DNA of 63,935 bases, the filler included, from Myxococcota bacterium (lineage in GTDB: Bacteria > Myxococcota_C > UBA6777), in the NCBI GenBank assembly GCA_023150835.1. It is 3 parts of 3 records of this genome, joined end to end, with 100 filler letters (N's around TTAATTAATTAA, not from the genome) between each part and the next. Parts side by side here need not be neighbours in the genome. Positions count along the whole stretch, not along the records: positions 1 to 25,372 come from JAKLKB010000101.1; positions 25,473 to 50,785 come from JAKLKB010000102.1; 1 more part is not named here. One strand, 5' to 3'. The notes under the pieces were generated by a model. That model saw nothing but the letters and a program-made list of their open reading frames with translations. It ran no database searches and had not been told where the DNA came from. This document shows, piece after piece, positions 19,220-28,058 of this stretch. The position numbers and the translations under genes are program-made. Each line of letters opens with the position of its first letter. Positions within the stretch are counted from its first letter, which is position 1.

Positions 19220-21787
19220 TCACCCCACCCGACGGCGGATCAGGGCCAACAAAAGCAACAATCCCCATCCAAGCGGAAGACTCGGGTCATGGCCTCTCGT
19301 GTCACAGCCACACCCTCCGCCCGACGTGATCAGCGTTTCTGTCGTGGCTTGCTCTTTGGGGCTTTCTTGGACGGGCTCAGGAGTGCTTTCTGGGCTTGCA
19401 TCCGCCACAACCGCTTCTTCGATCACAGGCTCGGGGCTGATCTCGGCAGCGGGTTCAGGTACAAGTTCGGGGGTTGGTTCTTGCGTGGGTTCGGGGGAGA
19501 CGGGTTCGGGGGGAGGCTCATTTTTCTTGGTCGGATCAAAGACACAGATATCGTTTTCGCACTTGTGTTCTGCGGGGCAGCCTGTGTCCGCCTTACAAGG
19601 ACTTCCCTTGGCACGTGCGCAATAGCCGTAAACAGAGCCATCTTGCGAAGTAAACAGCCGCTCACACACGCTGCCTTGGGGACATTCCTTCGCATCGCGG
19701 CACAAGCAGATCGCAAAGTCACCGCCAAAACTCACGCAGTTTCCGTTGCCGTTGCACGGCACCGCAGAAGAGCAGCTTTGCATACACACTGGGCCATCTT
19801 GCTCGCTAGAGAAGCGATTGCAGCTTAACCCTTTTTCACAACGCAACGTCTGGCTGCACGATTGACCGGCCTTTTGCGTACCATCTCCCGGCAAACAAGC
19901 TCCCCCAACACTCGAAGTCGGGCGACACGAAGTCCCCGAAGGACAAGACGTTCCCGCACCTTTGCTCACACAAGCCCCAAATCCATACGAGCCTGTGACG
20001 GTGAGATTGCATTCTTGGTTGGGACCGCAATCGCTGTCTTGCTCACAGATGCAAGCCGAAAAGGTACGGCCCAATCGTTGGCAAGAACCGCCGTTCGCAC
20101 AAGTCCCCGAGCAGGCCCCCAAGCAAATCGCCAAACCACCGCCAAATTGGACGCATTGCAGCCCGGCATCGCACGTGCCTCCCGAACGACACTGGCTTCC
20201 CGCGCTCCCGTCTGGAGGACCACAGCCCAACGCGCAACGGCCCGCTTCTTCTGTTTCAGACACGCACTTGTAACCCGCTGCGCACACTGTTTGTTGGTTG
20301 CAAAAGTCACCGTATTTTCCGCCACCATCGCGCTTACAAACACCGCCCACACACTGATAATCCGATGGACAGGCGTTTTGAGCAGAACAATTCATGCTAC
20401 AGATCGCATTCGGTAAGCAGCGTTTGAGACCTGCGGCGATCTCTTTGCAAGCAAATCCCACAGGACAATAATCGCCCTCGCTGCAACCTTGGACGCAATA
20501 ACCAAGACCGCTATTTCCTCCCAAACAAAAGCCGTTGCTTCCGCATTGATCGCTGCTATAACACGGGCGGCAGATCTGCGCATTGGGCGCAGGCAACGAG
20601 ATCTTGCACACACCATTGTCGCAAACTTCGGAAGGGCCGCACTCTGTGTCAACCGTGCATTTGGCGGGAGGGCATTCGTTTTGCGAAGGAAAGCAGAGTT
20701 TCGCCGTGGCTCCCCCATCATCGGCATGTTCACGACAGAAACTACCACTCGGACAACAATTGTCCGTATTGCAGGGCATCACACAGCGATACCCCTCTTT
20801 TAATTGAAGACATTTTCCGCCACTACAATCGGCATCTTTACGGCAAGGCGCACAGACACCTGTGGGAAGCGAGACAGGTTTACGCTCACAAAACAGGTTC
20901 TTGCAAGTATCGCAGGAGCTACAGTTTTTGTCTTCGGTACAGGGTTTTGGCCCGTCGCTGTACTGATCGAGATAAGGCTGCAAAAAGTCTGTGAGGCTGG
21001 TGTCGACGCGGCAAGAAACGGCTCCCCCGTCGCAGTAGGTTTGCCCTGCTTGGCCGGTTGAAGTGGCGCGGTACGCCGTCGAAGTGACTCCCAAGATCAC
21101 CCATTTTCCGTCGATCATCGTCAGGGCCGGTCCACCCGAATCTCCGTGACAAGCGCTTTTGCGTTGAGCGACGGTAGGATTTTGATCGAAGTGGATGAAT
21201 GTGTTGGTGGCGATCTGATTGAGCGGGATATCCGCAGCGTATTTTTTGTCTGCGGAGACGATGCTTGGGCGGGTTTGGATCTGACCGTACCCCACAACAC
21301 GAACATTTTGGCCGATCAGCGATTGAGGGATCGGAGCCGTGTTGGGTGTGATCGGTGTGACGTTGTTGGCTTTGGTTTTGAGAACCAAGACAGCGATATC
21401 ATAATCCGAATAATTCGAAGTATTGCTTCGGCTGTATTTGGGGTGGGTGACGGCTTGGTCGAGTTGATAATAATCGCTGGTATAAGTACCGTTTGCGGCA
21501 GGAAAATCAACTCGATATTCTACGTTGGTGATGCCATATTGACGCACAGCTTCGACACAATGCGCAGCCGTCACCACAAGCTGCTTTGTCAACAACGTTC
21601 CTGTACAAAAAGGCGAGCGTCTGGCAGTCAAAGCCCCGATGGCAGGCTCGGATAGGTCACCTTGACCGTTGATGATAAACTTTTCTTGTTTCGCAGGCGC
21701 TTCTTCGATGCGTCGACAAGCCCCCGACCAAGCCCCCGCCAAGACCAACGCGGCCAACCAAAAAAAACGAATTCGAACCCGTGACAT
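19220..21787 (-). CDS. S1 (trypsin-fold) serine protease with Cys-rich repeats and MYXO-CTERM
   Basis: CTGTL, TAAHC, DIAVL and CHGDSGGP triad motifs; lipobox-like WSGAC; C-terminal GGGCGC + TM + RRR. Confidence 0.92.
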   Translation of the reverse strand: MSRVRIRFFWLAALVLAGAWSGACRRIEEAPAKQEKFIINGQGDLSEPAIGALTARRSPFCTGTLLTKQLVVTAAHCVEAVRQYGITNVEYRVDFPAANGTYTSDYYQLDQAVTHPKYSRSNTSNYSDYDIAVLVLKTKANNVTPITPNTAPIPQSLIGQNVRVVGYGQIQTRPSIVSADKKYAADIPLNQIATNTFIHFDQNPTVAQRKSACHGDSGGPALTMIDGKWVILGVTSTAYRATSTGQAGQTYCDGGAVSCRVDTSLTDFLQPYLDQYSDGPKPCTEDKNCSSCDTCKNLFCERKPVSLPTGVCAPCRKDADCSGGKCLQLKEGYRCVMPCNTDNCCPSGSFCREHADDGGATAKLCFPSQNECPPAKCTVDTECGPSEVCDNGVCKISLPAPNAQICRPCYSSDQCGSNGFCLGGNSGLGYCVQGCSEGDYCPVGFACKEIAAGLKRCLPNAICSMNCSAQNACPSDYQCVGGVCKRDGGGKYGDFCNQQTVCAAGYKCVSETEEAGRCALGCGPPDGSAGSQCRSGGTCDAGLQCVQFGGGLAICLGACSGTCANGGSCQRLGRTFSACICEQDSDCGPNQECNLTVTGSYGFGACVSKGAGTSCPSGTSCRPTSSVGGACLPGDGTQKAGQSCSQTLRCEKGLSCNRFSSEQDGPVCMQSCSSAVPCNGNGNCVSFGGDFAICLCRDAKECPQGSVCERLFTSQDGSVYGYCARAKGSPCKADTGCPAEHKCENDICVFDPTKKNEPPPEPVSPEPTQEPTPELVPEPAAEISPEPVIEEAVVADASPESTPEPVQESPKEQATTETLITSGGGCGCDTRGHDPSLPLGWGLLLLLALIRRRVG

Positions 21788-21953
21788 CTGTCCATCCTTT
21801 CGATCAAACAGGCGCTTCCGTTGCGCCTGCAACAAATCACTGTAGTCTATTTCGATGGCTGAAATCTCTTTTGGAATTGGTATTTGGGCGAGAAGATCAA
21901 CACATCCTGAAACGCAGCGGAGACACACTAGGCGAGGCCTGACACAAGATGTT

Positions 21954-21968
21954 GTTCAAAGATTGAAC
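21954..21968. promoter_or_regulatory. Palindromic putative TF site GTTCAA-AGA-TTGAAC (copy 1)
   Basis: Identical 15-mer at 24928 and 58248; 167 bp upstream of the protease start. Confidence 0.7.
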
Positions 21969-22004
21969 GGCTTTATGGCGAAAACCCTCGATTCGGCGCA
22001 GTAG

Positions 22005-22126
22005 TGCGAAATCCGCCCATTGCGTGATCGTAAAGAGGTAGGGGCAGCCACAGGGGTCTGCCCAACAATAGGGCTTCTACAGCGGATCGCGTCTCCCCTT
22101 CGATCACACTGCTCTCGGATATCGTG
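22005..22126 (+). mobile_element. Repeat family A, copy 5
   Basis: TGCGAAATCCG...GTAGGGGCAGCCACAGGGGTCTGCCC...CGGATATCGTG. Confidence 0.85.
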
Positions 22127-22132
22127 TGATGT

Positions 22133-24757
22133 TCAGAGGCGTTTTCGCCGCCCCCACAAGAACAGCCCAAAGACAGCGAAGAAAGCAAGCCATAAGGAAG
22201 AATCTTTCTCGCCCGACGCGACAGAACAACCACAGCCTCCGCCGAGGATCTTTGGTTCGGTGGTGATCTCTGGGCTGTTGTTTGAAGAGTCGGAAGGCCC
22301 GGCATCTTGGGCGCTCTCTTCGCTTACAGCCATCGCTTCTTCGGGTGCGCTCTCCGCTGCCTGTTCGACCGCAGGCTCAAAAAGCTCAGGGGTCGGTTCG
22401 GTCGGCGTCTCGGAGGGCTTTTCTTCGACGGGTTCGGTAGGTTTTGCGAAGACACAAGCACCCGCGTTGCAGGTGTAGTCTTTGGGACAATCCTTGTCTG
22501 CGGTGCAATTGGCGTTGAATGCGGGGCGACAGATGCCGACCCCTTGATCACGAAAGACCAGATCGCATTGCTTTCCAAGGCCACAATCTTGATCGCGCTG
22601 ACAGACGCAAAGCAACAGTCCACCGCCAAAGTCCGCACATCCACCGCCGTTAGAACAAGTGTTGTTGGAATCGCAAGTCTCCATGCAGCGGGGGGTTCCG
22701 TCAAAGTTATAACAAGCCAGTCCCGACTGACAACGCAAGGTGCGGCTACAGATCGCACCTGCGCGCAAATCCCCGTCTTCAGGGAGACAAGACTTGCTTG
22801 ACGAAGCCGATCGACACACCAGCGGATCGGGGCAAGGCGGCGGGGCTTTTGTTTTGTCGACACATCCACCAAGCGCCGAAGAAGCCCATCGGTTGATGTT
22901 GCAGAATTGGTCTGCTTTGCAGTCGCTATCGCTGCGACAGACGCACACCGTGATACCCTGTTGGATGTTGGTACAGATCCCGCCGTCCGCACAGGCTTGG
23001 CCGATGTTGGTACAATCTTTCATACAAGCAGGAGTGCGTGTACCGAAACAAGAAAGGCCCGTATCACAGGCACGATTGCTGCCACAAGCATTCCCCGCAA
23101 CAAGGCCATTGGGAGCGCAATTCAAGGCACAGCGGCCACTTCCATCATCTTCGGACAAACAGCGGTAGTTGGGCGCACAAGTGAACCCATCCGCACAAAA
23201 ATCACCGTCTTTTCCGCCCTCATCGCGTTTGCAGCTTCCTCCGCTACAGGTGTATCCGTTTGGGCAAGCCGTCACATCATCGCAGCGCATAAAGCATCCT
23301 GCTTGGGGGATACATTGTTTCGTGCCTTGCGTGAGTTGCGTACAAAGGAAGCCCTCGGGGCAATAATCGCCTGCACCGCAGCCTTGGACGCAATAACCCA
23401 AACCACTCCCCGGCTCCAAACAAAAACCGACGCCGCAATCGGCGCTACTCTTACAAGGTCGGCAAAGTTGAGCGATCGGCGTGGGGCGCTCGATCTTGCA
23501 GACGCCTTGTGTGCAAAGCTCGGCAGGACCGCAGTCCGCGTTGGTTTGGCATGACGCAGGTGGGCAAACCCCGTTGGAAGGGCGACAAGAAAGCGTGGCT
23601 TGTGCGCCTCCCCCTGCGACAGTTTGGCAGATCCCGCCGGATGGGCATTGATAGCACGCGGCGTCTGTACACGGCTGCATACAGCGAAAGCCTTCGGATG
23701 TACGCAAGCATTGGCCGCTAAAACCGCAATCTGCGTCCGTGGCGCAAGGCTTACAGTATGTTGTGGCGCTGACGGTTGCGGCCCCACAAGCCCCTTGTTG
23801 GCACGCTCCACAAGCCCCGCAATCAGCGTCTGTTGTGCAGGTTGGCGGAGTGTCTGCGTAGCGTTTTAGATAAGGCTCCAAAAAGGCGATATTCACATCC
23901 AATCGCGCCGATACACCGGCAGAATCGCAAAAGGTCATGTTGGTTTGTGGGTCAGGCGTAGCACCTTCGACCACAGAACTGACGCCGAGAATATATTCCA
24001 CGCCGTTGACGGTGTACAACGCAGGCCCGCCCGAATCCCCGTTGCATACGCTTTTTTTGGTGGCTTTGTCCCAATGACGAAAAGACCGAGGCCGGATCTC
24101 ATCAAGCGGGATCATCGCGGATTGTTTGCTTTGCGCGGAAAGCCGCTGGGGTTGGGTTTGAACCAGCCCATACCCGACCAGTTTCAAATCCGTTGTCAAC
24201 CAAGTCGTTGGGATCGCGGTTCGGTTGACAGGGACGGGAATCACCCCAGAGACGGGCTGTTTGAGTATCCAGATCGCAACATCGTAGTCGGAATAAGCTT
24301 GCACAGAAACGCTTCGGCTGTAGCGAGGATGCGCAGCCGAATCTTGGACCTCGTACAACGCCGTCGTGAATGTGACGCCGTCGGCGTTGGGCGTATCGAC
24401 ACGGAAGCGAAAGTTTCCCAGATCCTCTGCAACGCCCTCCACACAATGGGCCGCTGTCACGACAAGTCGGCTGCTCAACAAAGTACCTGTGCAAAAGGGC
24501 GAATATCCGCTTCCTGCGCGCCGCATGAGAGCGCCGATCGCGGGATTGGAGATATCTTGCGCCCCGTGAATGATCGAGCGGCGGGTTGTTTCATAAGCAG
24601 ATGGGGACGGCACGCGCTCACACCCCCCGCTCCACAACCCAAGCAAGCAGACGACCCAAACCAACCTCCAAAAAGGCCGATGCACCAAGATCTCGGAACC
24701 CAAAACCATTTTCCTTTTTTGGGTGGTATTTGAAACAAGAAGTGGGGTATGCAACAT
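22133..24757 (-). CDS. S1 serine protease with Cys-rich repeats and MYXO-CTERM (paralog)
   Basis: CTGTL, TAAHC, DVAIW, CNGDSGGP; WSGGC; GGGCGC + TM + RRKR; start 24757 or 24709. Confidence 0.92.
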   Translation of the reverse strand: MLHTPLLVSNTTQKRKMVLGSEILVHRPFWRLVWVVCLLGLWSGGCERVPSPSAYETTRRSIIHGAQDISNPAIGALMRRAGSGYSPFCTGTLLSSRLVVTAAHCVEGVAEDLGNFRFRVDTPNADGVTFTTALYEVQDSAAHPRYSRSVSVQAYSDYDVAIWILKQPVSGVIPVPVNRTAIPTTWLTTDLKLVGYGLVQTQPQRLSAQSKQSAMIPLDEIRPRSFRHWDKATKKSVCNGDSGGPALYTVNGVEYILGVSSVVEGATPDPQTNMTFCDSAGVSARLDVNIAFLEPYLKRYADTPPTCTTDADCGACGACQQGACGAATVSATTYCKPCATDADCGFSGQCLRTSEGFRCMQPCTDAACYQCPSGGICQTVAGGGAQATLSCRPSNGVCPPASCQTNADCGPAELCTQGVCKIERPTPIAQLCRPCKSSADCGVGFCLEPGSGLGYCVQGCGAGDYCPEGFLCTQLTQGTKQCIPQAGCFMRCDDVTACPNGYTCSGGSCKRDEGGKDGDFCADGFTCAPNYRCLSEDDGSGRCALNCAPNGLVAGNACGSNRACDTGLSCFGTRTPACMKDCTNIGQACADGGICTNIQQGITVCVCRSDSDCKADQFCNINRWASSALGGCVDKTKAPPPCPDPLVCRSASSSKSCLPEDGDLRAGAICSRTLRCQSGLACYNFDGTPRCMETCDSNNTCSNGGGCADFGGGLLLCVCQRDQDCGLGKQCDLVFRDQGVGICRPAFNANCTADKDCPKDYTCNAGACVFAKPTEPVEEKPSETPTEPTPELFEPAVEQAAESAPEEAMAVSEESAQDAGPSDSSNNSPEITTEPKILGGGCGCSVASGEKDSSLWLAFFAVFGLFLWGRRKRL

Positions 24758-24927
24758 CAAAAATCCTTCTGTCCTGTCTGTCCAAAGAGCAACAACACGC
24801 GCAGAAAGGTTGGATGTGGGCCATAAAAAAGCGTTGCGAATCGCTCCCCCCGCAACAGACCTTTTCCAACGCCCCAACCAAACGGCGCAAAACAAAACGA
24901 ACGTAGAACATACCCAAGAGGCTCGCT

Positions 24928-24942
24928 GTTCAAAGATTGAAC
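24928..24942. promoter_or_regulatory. Palindromic putative TF site GTTCAA-AGA-TTGAAC (copy 2)
   Basis: Identical 15-mer 171 bp upstream of the second protease start. Confidence 0.7.
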
Positions 24943-25159
24943 TGATTCATACGTGCTCGATGTTCGGCACAATGTCTACGGCTCTCTTGGCAAATCTCGA
25001 TGACATCTGTTTTTCCCGTTGGGTCAACATCACCGAGGGCTTCGGTATTCTTTTTTCAGACCGTCCTCTCGCTACATGACAGTTGAAGAAAACAACGAAA
25101 AATCGAGGGGTTCGTTCAAAACAGATAGCAATGAAGAGGTCAGCGACGCAACAGATCGA

Positions 25160-25234
25160 GGGCAGGCACGGGGGCCTGCCCCTACAAAACACCGTGTGAT
25201 TTCCAACACGTAGGGGCAACCATGTGTGGTTGCC
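25160..25234. repeat. Inverted pair of GTAG-type REP hairpins
   Basis: GGGCAGGCACGGGGGCCTGCCCCTAC followed by GTAGGGGCAACCATGTGTGGTTGCC. Confidence 0.75.
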
Positions 25235-25372
25235 ATTGGCATCAGGTTAAGAAGTAAAAGCAGATTCTTGTGGCATAATGGCGCACCTCAAAACGCGAAA
25301 GGGGAATAGAGATGTTCACACAAAGCGCCGAAGCACAAGAGTTCACCGCCTCATTTGAGAAGATGTTCAACG

Positions 25373-25472
25373 NNNNNNNNNNNNNNNNNNNNNNNNNNNN
25401 NNNNNNNNNNNNNNNNTTAATTAATTAANNNNNNNNNNNNNNNNNNNNNNNNNNNNNNNNNNNNNNNNNNNN
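25373..25472. other. Artificial contig linker
   Basis: N44-TTAATTAATTAA-N44 (stops in all six frames). Confidence 0.99.
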
Positions 25473-25590
25473 CGGGTAGCGTCTGCGTCTCGTGCATACA
25501 GCGTGCGTCACGAAAAAACAACATCCCCGCTGCTTCCGACTTTCGCTCCCTCCCCTGTTCACGGGGGAGGGCTGGGGTGGGGGGCCAACA
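25473..25590 (+). repeat. Repeat family C, right part, at contig start
   Basis: 25473-25548 near-identical to 63860-63935; ends in CCCCTGTTCACGGGGGAGGGCTGGGGTGGGGG. Confidence 0.85.
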
Positions 25591-25630
25591 AGCGCTTAAC
25601 CTAACGCCTATGCCCCCCTGCCCCCTCAGA

Positions 25631-25873
25631 TCAGCCTTCTTCTTTCGTCGCTGTGGGTTCTCCCACCGCCTGCGCTTGCAGCTTCGCAATCGCTTCCGCT
25701 GATAAACCCGTCACTTTCGCGATATCCTCCATCCTCAGACCCATCTCCATCAGCCGCAACGCCATCTCACGCTTTTCTTCTTCTCGACCCTGCTGCAAAC
25801 CCTGCTGCAAACCCTGCTGCAAGGCTTGTTGTTTCACATAATCGATCAAGGGATTTTGTTCCAACCAGCTCAT
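25631..25873 (-). CDS. Putative intragenic small RpnS-type protein (80 aa, in frame)
   Basis: Internal SD GGAGGAG 6 nt upstream of in-frame ATG 25873, just before the C-terminal domain. Confidence 0.55.
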   Translation of the reverse strand: MSWLEQNPLIDYVKQQALQQGLQQGLQQGREEEKREMALRLMEMGLRMEDIAKVTGLSAEAIAKLQAQAVGEPTATKEEG

Positions 25874-26647
25874 CTTAATCTCCTCCAAGATTTCCGACAT
25901 CGCAAAGACACGCGCAAAAAAGAACGCCGCCATCGCCAACAGATCTTGCTTGCGATCTTCTTGCGCCTCACTCTCCATAATGGCCTCTGCAAGCCGTTTG
26001 ATAAAGGGTTTTTTCGCACCTTTCATCAACGCCGCAAAAGGCAGCAGGTACGTTGGCGCTTGTTTTGCGAACGCCTCCGCATCATATCCCCCCGGCAACC
26101 ACACCTCTCTCCATCGCACCGAAGCGTGCAACTCCCCCTGCAACACCATCGTTTCCTCGCATCTTCGCTGCCATGCACCCTCCGGCCAGTACGACGGCGC
26201 ATCCACACCCACCTGCCAAACGATGTGCATCACGGGTAACTCTTCCTTCTCATACAATCCCCAACCATACATCCCCAAACGCCGACCCATCCGAGGATTG
26301 TACGACGATTCAAACTCCAGATGCACCAAAAAGCTCTCTTCCTCCCCATCCTTCTGCGTCTTCACCCGATACACTCGATCCGTCAAACGATGCGTCATCT
26401 CCACTTCCCCGCCCACCGCTTCACACGACGCGATCCCCTCGATACCCCCCAGATATCCCACAAGCTCCGCACCATACGCATCCGCCAGCCGCTTCATCAT
26501 CTCGTCGAATGGTGTCCGCTCTTTCTTCTTCTCCTCCTCCCCGCTCTTTCCGGCTTCTCCAACCTCGCTTTCTTCACCCTCTCCCATCTCTCCAACTTCT
26601 CTGGCTTCGGCATTCTCGACTCGCCTTCTGCTTTTTCTTTCCTTCAT
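25631..26647 (-). CDS. Rpn family recombination-promoting nuclease / putative transposase (PD-(D/E)XK)
   Basis: TDRVY...LVHLEFES core; C-terminal QQGLQQGLQQGREE..MALRL..GL..EDIAKVTGLS; GGAGG RBS. Confidence 0.85.
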   Translation of the reverse strand: MKERKSRRRVENAEAREVGEMGEGEESEVGEAGKSGEEEKKKERTPFDEMMKRLADAYGAELVGYLGGIEGIASCEAVGGEVEMTHRLTDRVYRVKTQKDGEEESFLVHLEFESSYNPRMGRRLGMYGWGLYEKEELPVMHIVWQVGVDAPSYWPEGAWQRRCEETMVLQGELHASVRWREVWLPGGYDAEAFAKQAPTYLLPFAALMKGAKKPFIKRLAEAIMESEAQEDRKQDLLAMAAFFFARVFAMSEILEEIKMSWLEQNPLIDYVKQQALQQGLQQGLQQGREEEKREMALRLMEMGLRMEDIAKVTGLSAEAIAKLQAQAVGEPTATKEEG

Positions 26648-26774
26648 CCTCACTCCTCCATCCGCAAAAAAGAAAACCCCTTGGGCACTCCATCGCAAAA
26701 ATGACGGACACAACGGGCTTTCCGCCTCATCCATCGTTCATACGCACCGCTGTTCCTCACCGCGTCGCTTTGCG

Positions 26775-26920
26775 CCCCCCCTCTCCGTGCGGTCGCGAAC
26801 GAAGGTTCGCTGCGCAGAGAGGGGACAGACACACCCGATACTCCCGCGTGCTTCGGCTCCCCTCGCCCCACAACGCAGCATGGCGAAGTGCCCGTGGTGA
26901 GAGGGGCTGGGGGTGAGGGC
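26775..26920. repeat. GC-rich multi-hairpin element related to family C
   Basis: CCCCTCTC...GAGAGGGG stem, then CCCCTC...GAGGGGCTGGGGGTGAGGG end; shorter relatives at 227-260 and 28015-28041. Confidence 0.55.
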
Positions 26921-26934
26921 TCCCTCCTCACAAA

Positions 26935-27960
26935 CTACAAGCCCGACCTGACGACACGGAAGCCGATGTAGTCTTCGCGGTCCGTCGGCGGGCTGCAGCC
27001 ACGCGACACCGCCCGCAAGGAGGGGCTGCCACCCCGTAGCATGCGGTCTGTGCTTGTAGCTGCTCCAACTGGGTTCGTAGCTGCTTGGGCCCGATAGTCA
27101 TCGTACCAGTCATAGCACCACTCCCACACATTCCCTAGCGTATCGTGTAGCCCCCACGCGTTCGCTTGCATTTGTCCCACAGCGTGCGTTGTAAAGTCGC
27201 TGTTCTCACCGTACCATGCGATCTGGTCCAACTCCCCGTAGCGCGGCGTTGTCGCACCCGCACGACAAGCGTATTCCCACTCTGCTTCCGTCGGTAATCT
27301 CCAGCCCTTACACCCGACGTAATCGCTGCCTTTGTTTCCCACTCCCTCCATCTCTTCGCCTGTTTCCACAAAACAAGCGGGCAATCCCTCCAGCGCAGAC
27401 AGCTTGTTCGCAAAAGCCGCTGCATCGTACCAACCCACAGACTCCACAGGCGCAGAAAACCCTGCTCGTTTGAAATGCGATGGATTATGGCCCGTGATCG
27501 TATGGTATTGGCCCTGTGTGACGGGCGTTTCGCCCATCCAAAATCCCCGTGTGATCGTCACTTCGTGTTGCGGTTTTTCGGTGTCATTGGCCTCCGAATC
27601 ATCGGCTCCTGCGCCCATCCAAAAAGTTCCCGCTGGAATCCAGCGCATCCGCATCCCTGCCACAAACGCCACTTCTCGCGCTTCTCCCGCCACCTTACCC
27701 TCTTCCCATGCGTATCTCGACCAGCACCCCACCAGCCTCTCATACCCCGTCACTTCGCCACTTCGGTGTTTCTCCCACCATCCATACAACGGGCGGCGCA
27801 TCGACTCTCCCCAACCCTTCGTATGTTGCGCCACATACAACACACACATCTCTCGCTCCGATGCCTCTAATCCCTCCAATATCCGGCATATCCCCAACCA
27901 CCCCGCCTCGCTCTCTCCCTTCACCAACCACCCTCGAATCTCTGCCAATCCACCGCTCAT
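26935..27960 (-). CDS. Formylglycine-generating enzyme (FGE-sulfatase/SUMF1) domain protein
   Basis: IPAGTFWMG, EKPQHEV, VTQGQY, RLPTEAEWEYACRAG, NAWGLHDTLGNVWEWC, RGGS, GFR. Confidence 0.92.
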   Translation of the reverse strand: MSGGLAEIRGWLVKGESEAGWLGICRILEGLEASEREMCVLYVAQHTKGWGESMRRPLYGWWEKHRSGEVTGYERLVGCWSRYAWEEGKVAGEAREVAFVAGMRMRWIPAGTFWMGAGADDSEANDTEKPQHEVTITRGFWMGETPVTQGQYHTITGHNPSHFKRAGFSAPVESVGWYDAAAFANKLSALEGLPACFVETGEEMEGVGNKGSDYVGCKGWRLPTEAEWEYACRAGATTPRYGELDQIAWYGENSDFTTHAVGQMQANAWGLHDTLGNVWEWCYDWYDDYRAQAATNPVGAATSTDRMLRGGSPSLRAVSRGCSPPTDREDYIGFRVVRSGL

Positions 27961-28058
27961 CCAAACATCCTTCTTTTCGCCTGTTGCGCCCTCTGCATGA
28001 TGCCCACGTTTTGTACCCCTACAAGCGGGGGGAGTGAGGGGCCTTTGCGAGCACACTT

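Noticed and set aside
25312-25372. ATG with RBS just before the contig end
   Set aside because: Only 20 codons are visible, so it cannot be identified
25373-25472. N-runs with a TTAATTAATTAA core (also 50786-50885)
   Set aside because: Artificial contig joiners; no gene linkage should be inferred across them
26935-27960. Diversity-generating retroelement target (FGE/CLec fold)
   Set aside because: No reverse transcriptase and no template repeat matching its 3' end in the window
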